Source: Bacteroidota bacterium
GTDB lineage: Bacteria > Bacteroidota > Bacteroidia > Chitinophagales > Chitinophagaceae
Assembly: GCA_029555415.1 (NCBI GenBank)
Contig: JAKPSI010000067.1
Coordinates: 18,515-82,514, forward strand
Length of the DNA: 64,000 nucleotides
Reading direction: 5' to 3'
Position 1 is the first letter of the stretch, and each line of letters starts with the position of its first letter. Below are positions 9,467 to 18,763 of the stretch, in pieces. The position numbers were made by a program, and so were the translations under genes. A model generated the notes under the pieces. It was given only the letters and a program-made list of their open reading frames with translations, was not told the origin of the DNA and made no database searches.

Positions 9467-10498
9467 ATGCGCATCTTCATCGTTTTTCTGTCATTCGTTC
9501 TGATCAGCGGCTGCAGCCAGCTGGAGAAAAAAGGCAAGGGGTCAGAAACACCTGTTGCGGAGTACTTCAATTACAGTGAATCCGGTGTAAAGTCCGCAGG
9601 TGTTCAGATGATCCCCATTGAAACACCCGTGGGGAAATTCAAGGTATGGACCAAACGCTTCGGCAACAATCCGAAGATCAAGATCCTGCTCCTGCATGGC
9701 GGCCCGGCCATGACGCATGAATACATGGAATGTTTTGAGAGCTTCTTCCCAAAAGAAGGATTCGAGTTCTATGAATACGACCAGCTGGGGTCTTATTACA
9801 GTGATCAGCCGACCGACAGCAGCCTGTGGACCACTGCCCGTTTCGTGGAAGAAGTGGAGCAGGTGCGCAAGGCCATTGGTGCGGATAAAAGCAATTTTTA
9901 TTTACTGGGTAATTCATGGGGCGGGATCCTGGCCATGGAATACGCGCTGAAATACCAGGATAACATGAAAGGCTTGCTGGTAGCGAATATGATGGCCAGC
10001 TGCCCGGAATATGGTCGCTATGCGGAAGAAGTACTGTCGAAACAAATGGATACGGCGGTTGTGCGTGAAGTAAAAGCGATGGAAGCGAAAGGGGATTATG
10101 CAAATCCGCGTTATATGGAACTGCTCATCCCAAATTTCTATAAACAACATCTCTGCAGACTTGAAGAATGGCCGGATGGTTTCAACCGTTCCATGAAACA
10201 TGCCAACGGTACGATCTATACTATGATGCAGGGCCCTTCAGAATTCGGCATCAGTGGCCGGCTTGCGAACTGGGATGTAAAAGCAAGATTAAAGGAACTG
10301 CATGTACCCACCCTGATGGTCGGCGCTAAATTCGATACGATGGATCCCAAAGCCATGGAAGAACAGAGCAAACTGGTACAGCATGGCAGATACCTGTATT
10401 GCCCGAACGGAAGTCATTTGTCCATGTGGGACGACCAGGAAGTATTCATGAACGGTGTGATCCGTTTCATTAAAGACGTGGATTCGGGCTCGTTCTAG
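9467..10498 (+). CDS. Prolyl aminopeptidase / proline iminopeptidase-family alpha/beta hydrolase (S33), lipoprotein
   Basis: Lipobox LISGC. 'LLLHGGPAMTHEY' and nucleophile elbow 'GNSWGG'. Confidence 0.7.
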   Translation: MRIFIVFLSFVLISGCSQLEKKGKGSETPVAEYFNYSESGVKSAGVQMIPIETPVGKFKVWTKRFGNNPKIKILLLHGGPAMTHEYMECFESFFPKEGFEFYEYDQLGSYYSDQPTDSSLWTTARFVEEVEQVRKAIGADKSNFYLLGNSWGGILAMEYALKYQDNMKGLLVANMMASCPEYGRYAEEVLSKQMDTAVVREVKAMEAKGDYANPRYMELLIPNFYKQHLCRLEEWPDGFNRSMKHANGTIYTMMQGPSEFGISGRLANWDVKARLKELHVPTLMVGAKFDTMDPKAMEEQSKLVQHGRYLYCPNGSHLSMWDDQEVFMNGVIRFIKDVDSGSF

Positions 10499-10549
10499 CC
10501 GGCAAATAGTTACTTTCTAAAACATGAATTGCTTCCGGGGAGCAGGGAT

Positions 10550-10632
10550 CCATTCTCCATTCTCCGTTATCCACTATCCATTATCCATTATCCATTATCC
10601 ACTATCCGTTCTCCATTATCAATTATCATATT
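10550..10632. repeat. Tandem oligo-repeat array (ATTCTCC/ATTATCC units; reverse of the GGAKAATG module)
   Basis: ccattctccattctccgttatccactatccattatccattatccattatccactatccgttctccattatcaattatc. It abuts the GCS2 stop. Confidence 0.85.
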
Positions 10633-11735
10633 CCGTGCAGGTACTGGTCCTGAATGTAACCCACTACCTGACTGAGGTCCTTGGTCTTTTCGAATACGGC
10701 CAGCTGGCGGTCAGCGCCCGTTCCGTTCTCCAGGATCTTGTGTACATAAGCCAGGCGGTGCCTGCTTCCCAGATGATCCAGTACGGGTTCCACGAATTCC
10801 AGTAACTCATAGATCAGCGCACGGGTATTTACTTCCTCTTCTTTGCCGAAATCGATCAGACGGCCATCGATACCATAACGGCTGGCGCGCCATTTATTCT
10901 CATTGATGAGCGGACGCGGGTATTGAATGAAGTTGAGATTCTTGCTGCGCAACATATAGATCCTCGCGCAAATGGCCTGGAATAAGGCCGCGATCGCTAT
11001 CGTTTCATCCACTGTCATCGGCACATCACAGATCCTGAATTCAACAGTATTGAAGAAGGGATGCACACGCAGGTCCCACCAGATCTTCTTCGCATTGTCA
11101 ATGCAATTCGTTTTGATCAGCAGCTTCACATAGTTATCGTATGATTCAATGCTGTCGAACGCTTCCGGAATACCGGTACGCGGGAACTTGTCGAATACTT
11201 TCGTGCGGAATGATTTATAGCCGGTCAGCCTTCCTTCCCAGAAAGGGGAGTTGGTACTGAGCGCGTAAATATGCGGAAGGAAATAACGGGTGGAATTGGC
11301 GATATGATTGGCCATCTCACGCGTTTCCATACCCACGTGAACATGCAAACCAAAGATGAGATTACTTCTTGCAGCTTCCTGTAATTCATTCACGATCTCG
11401 CTGTAGCGGATATGGTCCGTGATCAGCTGACTTTCCCAGTGACTGAACGGGTGCGTTCCCGCCGCGCCCATGGAGTAGCCCAGACTGCTTGCGATACCGC
11501 TGATGGTCTTGCGCAGGGTGGCCACATCCGCCCATGCTTCATCCACATCGGCACAGATGTCCGTACCTACTTCCACAACGGCCTGGTGCATTTCTGCCTT
11601 GACCTTGTCCTTGATCACTTTCTGACCCTCATGTACGATCTGCTGTTCATGGCTTTTCAGTTCCCTTGTTACCGGGTCCAGCACCATGTACTCTTCTTCT
11701 ACGCCGAGTGTGAAACTTTTATAATTCAGATGCAT
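10626..11735 (-). CDS. Glutamate-cysteine ligase family 2 / YbdK-type carboxylate-amine ligase
   Basis: 'FTLGVEEEYMVLD', 'GTHPF', 'GLHVHVG', 'LSTNSPFW' and 'WWDLRVHPFFNTVEFRICD' all match YbdK/GCS2. Confidence 0.85.
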   Translation of the reverse strand: MHLNYKSFTLGVEEEYMVLDPVTRELKSHEQQIVHEGQKVIKDKVKAEMHQAVVEVGTDICADVDEAWADVATLRKTISGIASSLGYSMGAAGTHPFSHWESQLITDHIRYSEIVNELQEAARSNLIFGLHVHVGMETREMANHIANSTRYFLPHIYALSTNSPFWEGRLTGYKSFRTKVFDKFPRTGIPEAFDSIESYDNYVKLLIKTNCIDNAKKIWWDLRVHPFFNTVEFRICDVPMTVDETIAIAALFQAICARIYMLRSKNLNFIQYPRPLINENKWRASRYGIDGRLIDFGKEEEVNTRALIYELLEFVEPVLDHLGSRHRLAYVHKILENGTGADRQLAVFEKTKDLSQVVGYIQDQYLHGI

Positions 11736-11763
11736 ATTGATTGTTTAGATGCTACTTAGATCG

Positions 11764-11800
11764 GACTACTGACTAACGACTAATGACTAATGACTATAGC
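11764..11800. repeat. Tandem GACTAA/GACTAC hexamer-type repeat
   Basis: gactactgactaacgactaatgactaatgactat. The same family recurs, inverted at 13744 and direct at 51760. Confidence 0.8.
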
Positions 11801-12747
11801 CCAAGGTTCTGTTTTTGTGAACTTCGTTTTACATACTCTCCCCACGTCAGATTATCACCACCGTTATTCGCCAGTGCTTTTTCGATGGCGTAATTGGCGG
11901 CGGTTTCCACCACCCATTCAAAGTTCTCTTCACCAACACTGGTCAGTTCCGCATCCGGAGCGGGGTTGCAGAAGTCGATGGCATAAGGTACGCCATCCCT
12001 TACCGCCAGCTCCACAGTGTTGAAGTCGTAACCCAGGAATTTATTGATCTTGAGAACGATGTCGGTCATTTGTTTCAGTCTTTCCGGAGAAGGATTGAAA
12101 TCGGCCACATACCGCAGGTGGTGCGGGTTGCGGGGTTCGTACGACATGATGCGGACATGCTTGCCACCGATGCAATAACAGCGGTAGTATTCCGTGAACA
12201 CGATCTCTTCCTGCAGCAGCATCACCAGTTGTCCGGTTTCGCTGTGCTTCTCGAAGAAATCGTTGGAGTCCGTAAGTTTATATACGTGTTTCCAGCCGCC
12301 ACCCGCGAAAGGTTTCATATATGCGGGAAAGCCAACGTATTTGAAGATCGCATCCCAGTCGAGCGGGAATGCCAGATTACTGAATGATTCATTACTCGTA
12401 TCATCCGGCAGATCACGGGAGGGGAGGATGACCGTTTTCGGAACGGGCACATCCACTTTCGTCATCAGGCAATTGTTGAAATATTTATCATCCGCACTCC
12501 ACCAGAACGGATTGTTGATGACAGCTGTTCCGGTGAGCGCAGCATTCTTCAGCCAGGTGCGGTAAAAAGGTACATCCTGAGAGATGCGGTCGATGATCAC
12601 AGCATAACCGCTGGATTCGCCCTGCATGGCTTTATCGATACGTACCGGTTCGGCAACGATACCCGGGATATTCTTACTGTTCACACGTGATACGAAGGTT
12701 TCGGGGAAGGAGCGTTCTTTCCCGTGCAGGATGCCGATCTTTTTCAT
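11794..12747 (-). CDS. ATP-grasp-fold ligase (putative peptide/amide ligase)
   Basis: 317 aa. 'AYMKPFAGGGWKHVYKL' has a Lys + Gly-rich loop. 'VELAVRDGVPYAIDFCN' looks like an ExN-like Mg site. A pre-ATP-grasp N-domain 'KKIGILHG' is present. It sits directly downstream of GCS2. Confidence 0.5.
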   Translation of the reverse strand: MKKIGILHGKERSFPETFVSRVNSKNIPGIVAEPVRIDKAMQGESSGYAVIIDRISQDVPFYRTWLKNAALTGTAVINNPFWWSADDKYFNNCLMTKVDVPVPKTVILPSRDLPDDTSNESFSNLAFPLDWDAIFKYVGFPAYMKPFAGGGWKHVYKLTDSNDFFEKHSETGQLVMLLQEEIVFTEYYRCYCIGGKHVRIMSYEPRNPHHLRYVADFNPSPERLKQMTDIVLKINKFLGYDFNTVELAVRDGVPYAIDFCNPAPDAELTSVGEENFEWVVETAANYAIEKALANNGGDNLTWGEYVKRSSQKQNLGL

Positions 12748-12925
12748 AAAGAGTTTTTAGGTGATGGTATTTGACGGCCACTTCACAACTGGACATGCCG
12801 GGGAACAGGCCTGATCAAATTTATTTTTTCATACCCAATATAGCAAATAAAGCCATCCGTTTTACGGTCTGCGGCAGGCGCAGGTTCAAATGCCTTTTTA
12901 GCCTGAAATCCTTATTTTTGGCGCC

Positions 12926-13747
12926 ATGCACCGTGTACAGGATTCCTCCCTTCACATAGAATCGGATACTATTGAATCGGCATTTCTCGGGAGAGAAGTG
13001 AAAGTGGATTATTACTGCCCCACAGCGGTACCGGACCCTTCCCGGATGAGCCTGCTGCTGATCAATGATGGACAGGATATGGCAGCCATGCATTTCAGTG
13101 CCATTCTGGAAAAACTCTTTGCCGGGAAAAAGATCGAACCCATTCTTTGTGTCGCGATCCATTGCGGACCGGAACGGAAAATGGAATATGGGGTAGCGGC
13201 TGTACCTGATTACCTCGGCAGAGGAGCGAAGGCCGGGGCTTATACTTCATTCCTGTTTGAGGAATTGCTGCCCGGACTCCGTGAAAAGTTCAACGTTCCT
13301 TCTTTTAAAGAGAAAGCTTTCGCCGGTTTTTCACTGGGCGGACTCAGCGCCCTGGATATCGTCTGGAGCCATCCGGCTGAATTCAGTAAAGTGGGTGTAT
13401 TCTCCGGTTCATTCTGGTGGCGGAGTCTGGATCAGTCGGATGAAGCATATGACGACGATCTCCACCGCATCATGCATCAGCAGATCCGTAACGGCGCCTG
13501 CCAGCCCTGGCTGAAGTTCTTTTTTCAGTGCGGTGCCCTGGATGAGACCAAGGACCGTAACCATAACGGCATCATCGACTCCATTGATGATACCCTCGAT
13601 CTGATCTCTGAACTGGAGCAGATCGGCTACGACCGCAATACCGATATTCAATATCTCGAACTTCCGGATGGCAAACATGATGTTGCCACCTGGGGGAAGG
13701 CGATGCCGGCATTCCTGGAGTGGGCATTCGGAACGAGTAGTTTGTAG
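12926..13747 (+). CDS. Esterase-family alpha/beta hydrolase (PF00756-like 'putative esterase')
   Basis: 'AGFSLGGLSALD' nucleophile elbow, 273 aa, divergent from the ATP-grasp gene. Confidence 0.6.
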   Translation: MHRVQDSSLHIESDTIESAFLGREVKVDYYCPTAVPDPSRMSLLLINDGQDMAAMHFSAILEKLFAGKKIEPILCVAIHCGPERKMEYGVAAVPDYLGRGAKAGAYTSFLFEELLPGLREKFNVPSFKEKAFAGFSLGGLSALDIVWSHPAEFSKVGVFSGSFWWRSLDQSDEAYDDDLHRIMHQQIRNGACQPWLKFFFQCGALDETKDRNHNGIIDSIDDTLDLISELEQIGYDRNTDIQYLELPDGKHDVATWGKAMPAFLEWAFGTSSL

Positions 13748-13771
13748 TCTTTAGTCGGTAGTCTTTAGTCC
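13744..13771. repeat. Tandem GTAGTCTTTAGTC repeat (inverted GACTAM family)
   Basis: gtagtctttagtcggtagtctttagtcc, immediately after the esterase stop. Confidence 0.8.
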
Positions 13772-14007
13772 TTTCTAAGCAAAGTTATTTACAGATTCGT
13801 CTAATGATTTTTTTTGGGCTGTTCCGGGTTGCGGGTTTCTGGTTGCGGGTCGCGCCGTTGAAAGCAGCACGCCGTGGCCGGTATATTTCACCTATCATCG
13901 GGTTTTAAAATCGATTTAATGTAACTGCAACTAATATCTGGATGTTAATATAAAATGGTTATGCAGCAGGGGAGATGAAGTGTATGTTAGAACCCTCTTG
14001 CAGCGTA

Positions 14008-14036
14008 TAGCTTGAAGCTTGCAGCTTTATATAGTA
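14008..14036. repeat. AGCT-family short repeat (agcttgaagcttgcagct)
   Basis: Same AGCTNNNAGCT motif family as at 26108, 39245, 40762 and 59655. Confidence 0.6.
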
Positions 14037-14041
14037 AAAAG

Positions 14042-14075
14042 AAAAGCCCGTCATATGACGGGCTTTTCTTTTATC
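14042..14075. terminator. Bidirectional rho-independent terminator
   Basis: aaaagcccgtcatatgacgggctttt, a perfect hairpin flanked by A/T runs between convergent genes. Confidence 0.75.
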
Positions 14076-14088
14076 GTGCTTAAACTTC

Positions 14089-17000
14089 TTAGTTGAAGAT
14101 ATAACGGATACCGAACTGGATCGAGTAAGTCGATGCAGTACTTACGTTATCACGGAATGTAGTGGTGATCGGATTACCACGGTCAGTTGCCAGACGGAAG
14201 GTCGGACGAACTGTACCACCTGCCACCAGTGAAGCCTGGTTCTGGGGAACGAGGATAGAGCTGGCGTTGATCGTTTTGATCTTACCCCATGAAGGGTTCA
14301 GGAGGTTACCGAGATTGAATACGTCGATCGTGAACTGAACGCTGTTACGGTTCTTACCGAGGTTAACGAACAGGTCCTGCATGAATTTAGCATCCAGCTG
14401 ATTTCTCCAGGGGATCTGTGCACCGTTACGTTCTGCGTATTGTCCTTTGTGTTTGCGCAGGTAACGATCCTGATCGATGTAAGCGAAGAACAGGTCTTTC
14501 TGCTGTTGTGCAGTATAAGTAACACCATTGGTCGTCAGGGGAACGAAGTCGATCTCAGTCTGATCTTTCGGAATGTAGATCAGGTCGAAGTTCGTACCAT
14601 CACGGTTGATGTCGGCTGAATAAGTATAAGAGAAACGACCCTGGATACCACCTTCATACACCATAGAGATCGTAGTCGCGAGGTGTTTGAAGTATTCTTT
14701 GCGGTAAGAGAAGTAAGCGATCACACGGTCAGGTGTAACGAAACCGGCATAACCCAGCTGAGCGAAGTTAGAACCGTTCACGTTAGCAGTACCCTGCCAT
14801 GCGGACAGCGGCTGGTCGCCACTACCGTCGAACAGGTTAGCTGACTGAGACTTGGTGTAAGCAACTGCACCGGAGAAACCGTTGCGGAATTGTTTTTCAA
14901 GTTTCAGGGTCAGTGAAGCGTAATAACCTTGTTTACCATTACCCAGTACGATCGCGTTGAAAGCCTGGTTACCAGTGGGGCTCGCCTGACCAGCTGTTGT
15001 CAGCGGGTTGATGAACTTAGTGGTATTGGTAGCAGGGTAGATCATACGGTTATCCGGATAACCTGCAACGTTCAGGGCTTGAGGAGCAACCAGGTTCGGG
15101 TTCGTGAAGAACGCCGTGTTCACGTCTTTATTGAAGATACCTTCCATGGAGAAGATCCAACCGTTGCCGAGTTTGAAGTCAGCAGCGAGGCTTGTTTTCC
15201 AGGTCTGGGGGTTCTTGAAATTAGGATCCAGCAGAGATACAGTGCTCGGGATAACGGTACCTGCTACAGGCACAGTTGCCGGGCGGTAAGCAGCCGGATC
15301 GGGGTTGAAGGGGCCAGGCGTGTTTGCCTGTCCTGTATAAGTCTGCGTAACCTGCAGCATACCGGCATCACCAGCCTGGCTCACGATCCATACGAAGGGA
15401 ATGCGGCCGGTGAAGATACCTGTACCACCACGGAGCTGGAAGGAACGGTCACCGTAAACATCCCAGTTGAATCCGATACGGGGAGATACCATCAGACGTG
15501 CTTTAGGCAGTGTACCTGTATTCAGTTTCAGACCATTTGCGAAGGTGAGCGCAGCCACCAGCGGATGGGTCGGAAGCGGTTCCGGATATTTCGGCTGGTC
15601 AACACGCAGACCGATCGTCAGTTTCAGTTTCTTGTTCACAGCGATCTCATCCTGTCCGTAAACAGAATACTGCTGGAATTTGAAGCTCGGGAAAGCCTGA
15701 GCGAAGTTCGGGGACAGAGAATAAGTGATACCGAAATCAAGCGGTTTTACACCACTGATGAAATCGTTCCAGGAAGCGAAAGTATAGTAGCTGGTACCGA
15801 AACGCTGGAAGCCGTTGATGGTTTCGCTGTATTCAGCCTGAGCACCTACTGTCCAGCTGTGTTTTTTCACTGTCCAGCTGAGGTTATCCACAAATGAGTA
15901 CATTTTCACTTTACGGAGGTTACCATAAGTGAAAGGCTCATATCCGAATGATGTATAAGGAGAACCTGCGTTCAGGATATCAACGAAGGGGAAGATCTGG
16001 CTGTCGGATTTGCGGGAGTCATTCTGATAAGTGAATGTACCGCGGAAAGTGTTATTCAGTTTTTTACCGATCTGTGAGTTCAGCTCACCAGCTAAAGAGT
16101 AGAAGTTAGCACCCTGGAAATAGTTGGAGTTCTTGAACCACAGGGCGTTGATATCAGTACGGCCGGAACCTGTTGTGAAAGCCGTCAGCGGGGAACGGGA
16201 AGTGCTGGGCGGGTTAGGCTCACCACCTTCAACCTGGCTGTAACGGATGTTCATGCGGTTCTTGCTGTTGATGTTCCAGTCGATACGACCAAGGATCTTC
16301 TTACGGGTGATCTCAGTGCTGTAGTTATCGTATCCACCTGTTACATAACCATAAGTGTTGAACAGGTAAGAACTGTAAGACTGAAGGTCAGCAGCGGTAG
16401 CACGGGAGATCTGGGGGCTGCTGCCGAAAGGAGATGAAGCGGTAGCGGCAAAACGTGTTTGAACGGTTTTGGGCTGTGTTTCATTCTCGTAGTTGAGGAA
16501 GAAGAACAGTTTGTTCTTGATGATGGGACCGCCAATCCGGAAACCCACTTGTTTGTAATCCTCGATCGGGCGAACGAATGTGGTCTTCTCCACTTTGTCA
16601 CCCCTTTGTTTTTCCGTACGGAAATATTTGTAAACAGAACCTGAGAATTTGTTAGTACCAGCGCGGGTTACAGCGTTGATCGCACCACCGATGAAACCTG
16701 ATTGACGAACGTCGAAAGGCGTTACGTTCACAGAGATCTCCTCAACGGCATCCAGGGAAACCGGAGCACCGTTGGCCGGCAGGTTGTTACCGATACCGAA
16801 ACTATTGTTGAAGTCGGCACCATCGATCGTGAAGTTATTCTGACGGAAGTTACCACCGCCTACGGATGAACCGTTCGACTGAGGAGTAGCACGTGTCAGG
16901 TCATTCAGGTTACGCGTGATCGTCGGGAGTCTTTCGATCTCACGACGGCCGATATTCGTAACAGCACCTGTACGGTTTGAGTTGAGGATCGGATTCTTCC

Positions 17001-17373
17001 TTGCACCGGTTGTAACGATCACATTCTCAAGATTGCCTTCTCCTTTTTTAAGGATCGAACTGATCAGGTATGTTTCAGCGAGTTTCAGGTATACTTCATC
17101 CTGTTTTTCAGATTGAAATCCAACGAATGTGATCTCGATCGAATAAGGACCGCCGACACGCATGTTGGAGATGGAAAACTGACCACCTGCACGAGCGGTC
17201 GTGGAATACTTTGTACCTGAGGGTTGGTGAATGGCAACGATGGTAGCACCCACCAGCGGTTCATTCGTACTGCCAGTAACAGTACCCGAAATACTGGAGG
17301 TGGTTACCTGCGCAAATAAGGCGAAGGGCATTGCCAGGATTAAAATAATAAGCGGAGTAATTCTCTTAAGCAT
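14089..17373 (-). CDS. TonB-dependent receptor with N-terminal carboxypeptidase-regulatory-like domain (SusC-like, no SusD partner)
   Basis: 1094 aa. Signal peptide, CarbopepD_reg-like 'SGTVTGSTNEPLVGATIV', then plug 'NVIVTTGARKNP..' and a long barrel. Confidence 0.8.
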   Translation of the reverse strand: MLKRITPLIILILAMPFALFAQVTTSSISGTVTGSTNEPLVGATIVAIHQPSGTKYSTTARAGGQFSISNMRVGGPYSIEITFVGFQSEKQDEVYLKLAETYLISSILKKGEGNLENVIVTTGARKNPILNSNRTGAVTNIGRREIERLPTITRNLNDLTRATPQSNGSSVGGGNFRQNNFTIDGADFNNSFGIGNNLPANGAPVSLDAVEEISVNVTPFDVRQSGFIGGAINAVTRAGTNKFSGSVYKYFRTEKQRGDKVEKTTFVRPIEDYKQVGFRIGGPIIKNKLFFFLNYENETQPKTVQTRFAATASSPFGSSPQISRATAADLQSYSSYLFNTYGYVTGGYDNYSTEITRKKILGRIDWNINSKNRMNIRYSQVEGGEPNPPSTSRSPLTAFTTGSGRTDINALWFKNSNYFQGANFYSLAGELNSQIGKKLNNTFRGTFTYQNDSRKSDSQIFPFVDILNAGSPYTSFGYEPFTYGNLRKVKMYSFVDNLSWTVKKHSWTVGAQAEYSETINGFQRFGTSYYTFASWNDFISGVKPLDFGITYSLSPNFAQAFPSFKFQQYSVYGQDEIAVNKKLKLTIGLRVDQPKYPEPLPTHPLVAALTFANGLKLNTGTLPKARLMVSPRIGFNWDVYGDRSFQLRGGTGIFTGRIPFVWIVSQAGDAGMLQVTQTYTGQANTPGPFNPDPAAYRPATVPVAGTVIPSTVSLLDPNFKNPQTWKTSLAADFKLGNGWIFSMEGIFNKDVNTAFFTNPNLVAPQALNVAGYPDNRMIYPATNTTKFINPLTTAGQASPTGNQAFNAIVLGNGKQGYYASLTLKLEKQFRNGFSGAVAYTKSQSANLFDGSGDQPLSAWQGTANVNGSNFAQLGYAGFVTPDRVIAYFSYRKEYFKHLATTISMVYEGGIQGRFSYTYSADINRDGTNFDLIYIPKDQTEIDFVPLTTNGVTYTAQQQKDLFFAYIDQDRYLRKHKGQYAERNGAQIPWRNQLDAKFMQDLFVNLGKNRNSVQFTIDVFNLGNLLNPSWGKIKTINASSILVPQNQASLVAGGTVRPTFRLATDRGNPITTTFRDNVSTASTYSIQFGIRYIFN

Positions 17374-17524
17374 AAAGATTGGTTTACGGGTGCAAAGAAA
17401 AGGAATATTCCCAAATTAAATATAGGCAAATATTAACAATCTGGAACCTGAAAAATAAGGCTTTATAATGACAAAAGACCTGCCTTTTTTGCTGCTCCGG
17501 AGGCCATAATCGGACTACGGGTTT

Positions 17525-18763
17525 ATGAAGTTGCTACCTTTGATAAAAATCAGCGATATGTTAGATCCGATCTTGCGTGCGGTGGAGGATATCCGGGAAG
17601 GAAAACTGGTCATTGTGGTGGATGATGAGGACCGTGAAAATGAGGGGGATTTCGTAGGGGCTGCGTCAAAAGTGAGCCCGGAACTGATCAATTTCATGAG
17701 CAAACACGGCCGCGGACTGATCTGTGCCGCCCTGCCGGAAGACCGCTGCGATGAACTGGGTCTTGAGCTCATGGTCAACAACAATACCGCCCTCCATGAA
17801 ACAGCCTTCACCGTATCTGTTGATCTGCTCGGAAATGGTTGTACCACAGGTATTTCTGCACAGGACCGCGCCCGGACCGTTCAGGCCCTGATCGACCCTA
17901 AAACCCACCCTTCCGACCTCGGCAAACCCGGCCATATTTTCCCCCTCCGTGCCAAAAAAGGTGGGGTACTCCGCCGTGCCGGACATACCGAAGCTACGGT
18001 CGACCTGGCCCGGCTGGCAGGACTCGAACCCGCCGGCGTACTTGTGGAGATCATGAATGAGGATGGCACTATGGCACGGCTACCTGAATTGATGGAAGTT
18101 GCTAAAAGGTTCGGATTCAGCATTATATCTATAAAAGACCTGATCGAATACCGGCTCCAGACCGATTCTCTGATCGAAGAGGTCGTCCGGGTCGAAATGC
18201 CTACCCGCTATGGCAATTTCCAGCTCGTTGCTTTCCGGGAAAAGGGCTCTTCCAATGAACACCTGGCCATCATTAAAGGAACCTGGGTAAAAGATGAACC
18301 CGTTATGGTCAGGGTCCACTCATCCTGCTTCACCGGTGATATCCTGGCCTCCCTGCGCTGCGATTGCGGGGAACAACTGCATGCGGCTATGGAAATGGTT
18401 GAAAAAGAAGGCAAAGGGGCCATATTATATATGAATCAGGAAGGCCGCGGGATCGGCCTCCTCAATAAACTGAAAGCCTACCGGCTCCAGGAACAGGGCA
18501 TGGACACCGTGGAAGCCAATCTTCATCTCGGATTCCCGATGGATAAAAGAGACTATGGTGTCGGCGCCCAGATCCTCCGTTACCTGGGTATCACCCGCCT
18601 CCGGCTCATCACTAATAATCCGAAAAAACGTGCGGGACTCATGGGGTACGGACTGGAGATCGTGGAGAATATCCCGATCCGGATCGCATCCAATCCGCAC
18701 AATGAAAGATACCTGCACACTAAACGGGATAAAATGGGGCATGAACTGCCCGGGAATGACTAA
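17525..18763 (+). CDS. ribBA: Bifunctional 3,4-dihydroxy-2-butanone-4-phosphate synthase / GTP cyclohydrolase II
   Basis: DHBP synthase '[11 protein letters not shown]' and 'RAGHTEA', then GCH-II 'CFTGD..SLRCDCG' Zn site and 'EGRGIGL'. Confidence 0.9.
   Translation: MKLLPLIKISDMLDPILRAVEDIREGKLVIVVDDEDRENEGDFVGAASKVSPELINFMSKHGRGLICAALPEDRCDELGLELMVNNNTALHETAFTVSVDLLGNGCTTGISAQDRARTVQALIDPKTHPSDLGKPGHIFPLRAKKGGVLRRAGHTEATVDLARLAGLEPAGVLVEIMNEDGTMARLPELMEVAKRFGFSIISIKDLIEYRLQTDSLIEEVVRVEMPTRYGNFQLVAFREKGSSNEHLAIIKGTWVKDEPVMVRVHSSCFTGDILASLRCDCGEQLHAAMEMVEKEGKGAILYMNQEGRGIGLLNKLKAYRLQEQGMDTVEANLHLGFPMDKRDYGVGAQILRYLGITRLRLITNNPKKRAGLMGYGLEIVENIPIRIASNPHNERYLHTKRDKMGHELPGND

Noticed and set aside
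10550-10632. Possible CRISPR array (regular short direct repeats here and at 26220, 39112, 51661, 58060)
   Set aside because: Units are 7-13 bp and contiguous with no unique spacers. There are no cas genes. They are simple tandem oligo-repeats.
14929-15897. Long antisense ORFs inside large genes (14929..15897 in the TBDR; 21617..22243 and 22541..23131 in TamB; 35180..35992 in PIG-L; 32477..33337 in flotillin; 28273..28728 in M14)
   Set aside because: These are shadow ORFs on the strand opposite clearly recognisable proteins. They have low-complexity or Arg/His-rich composition and no motifs.
17374-17524. FMN riboswitch expected upstream of ribBA
   Set aside because: The leader is AT-rich and lacks the conserved RFN core, so none was called.
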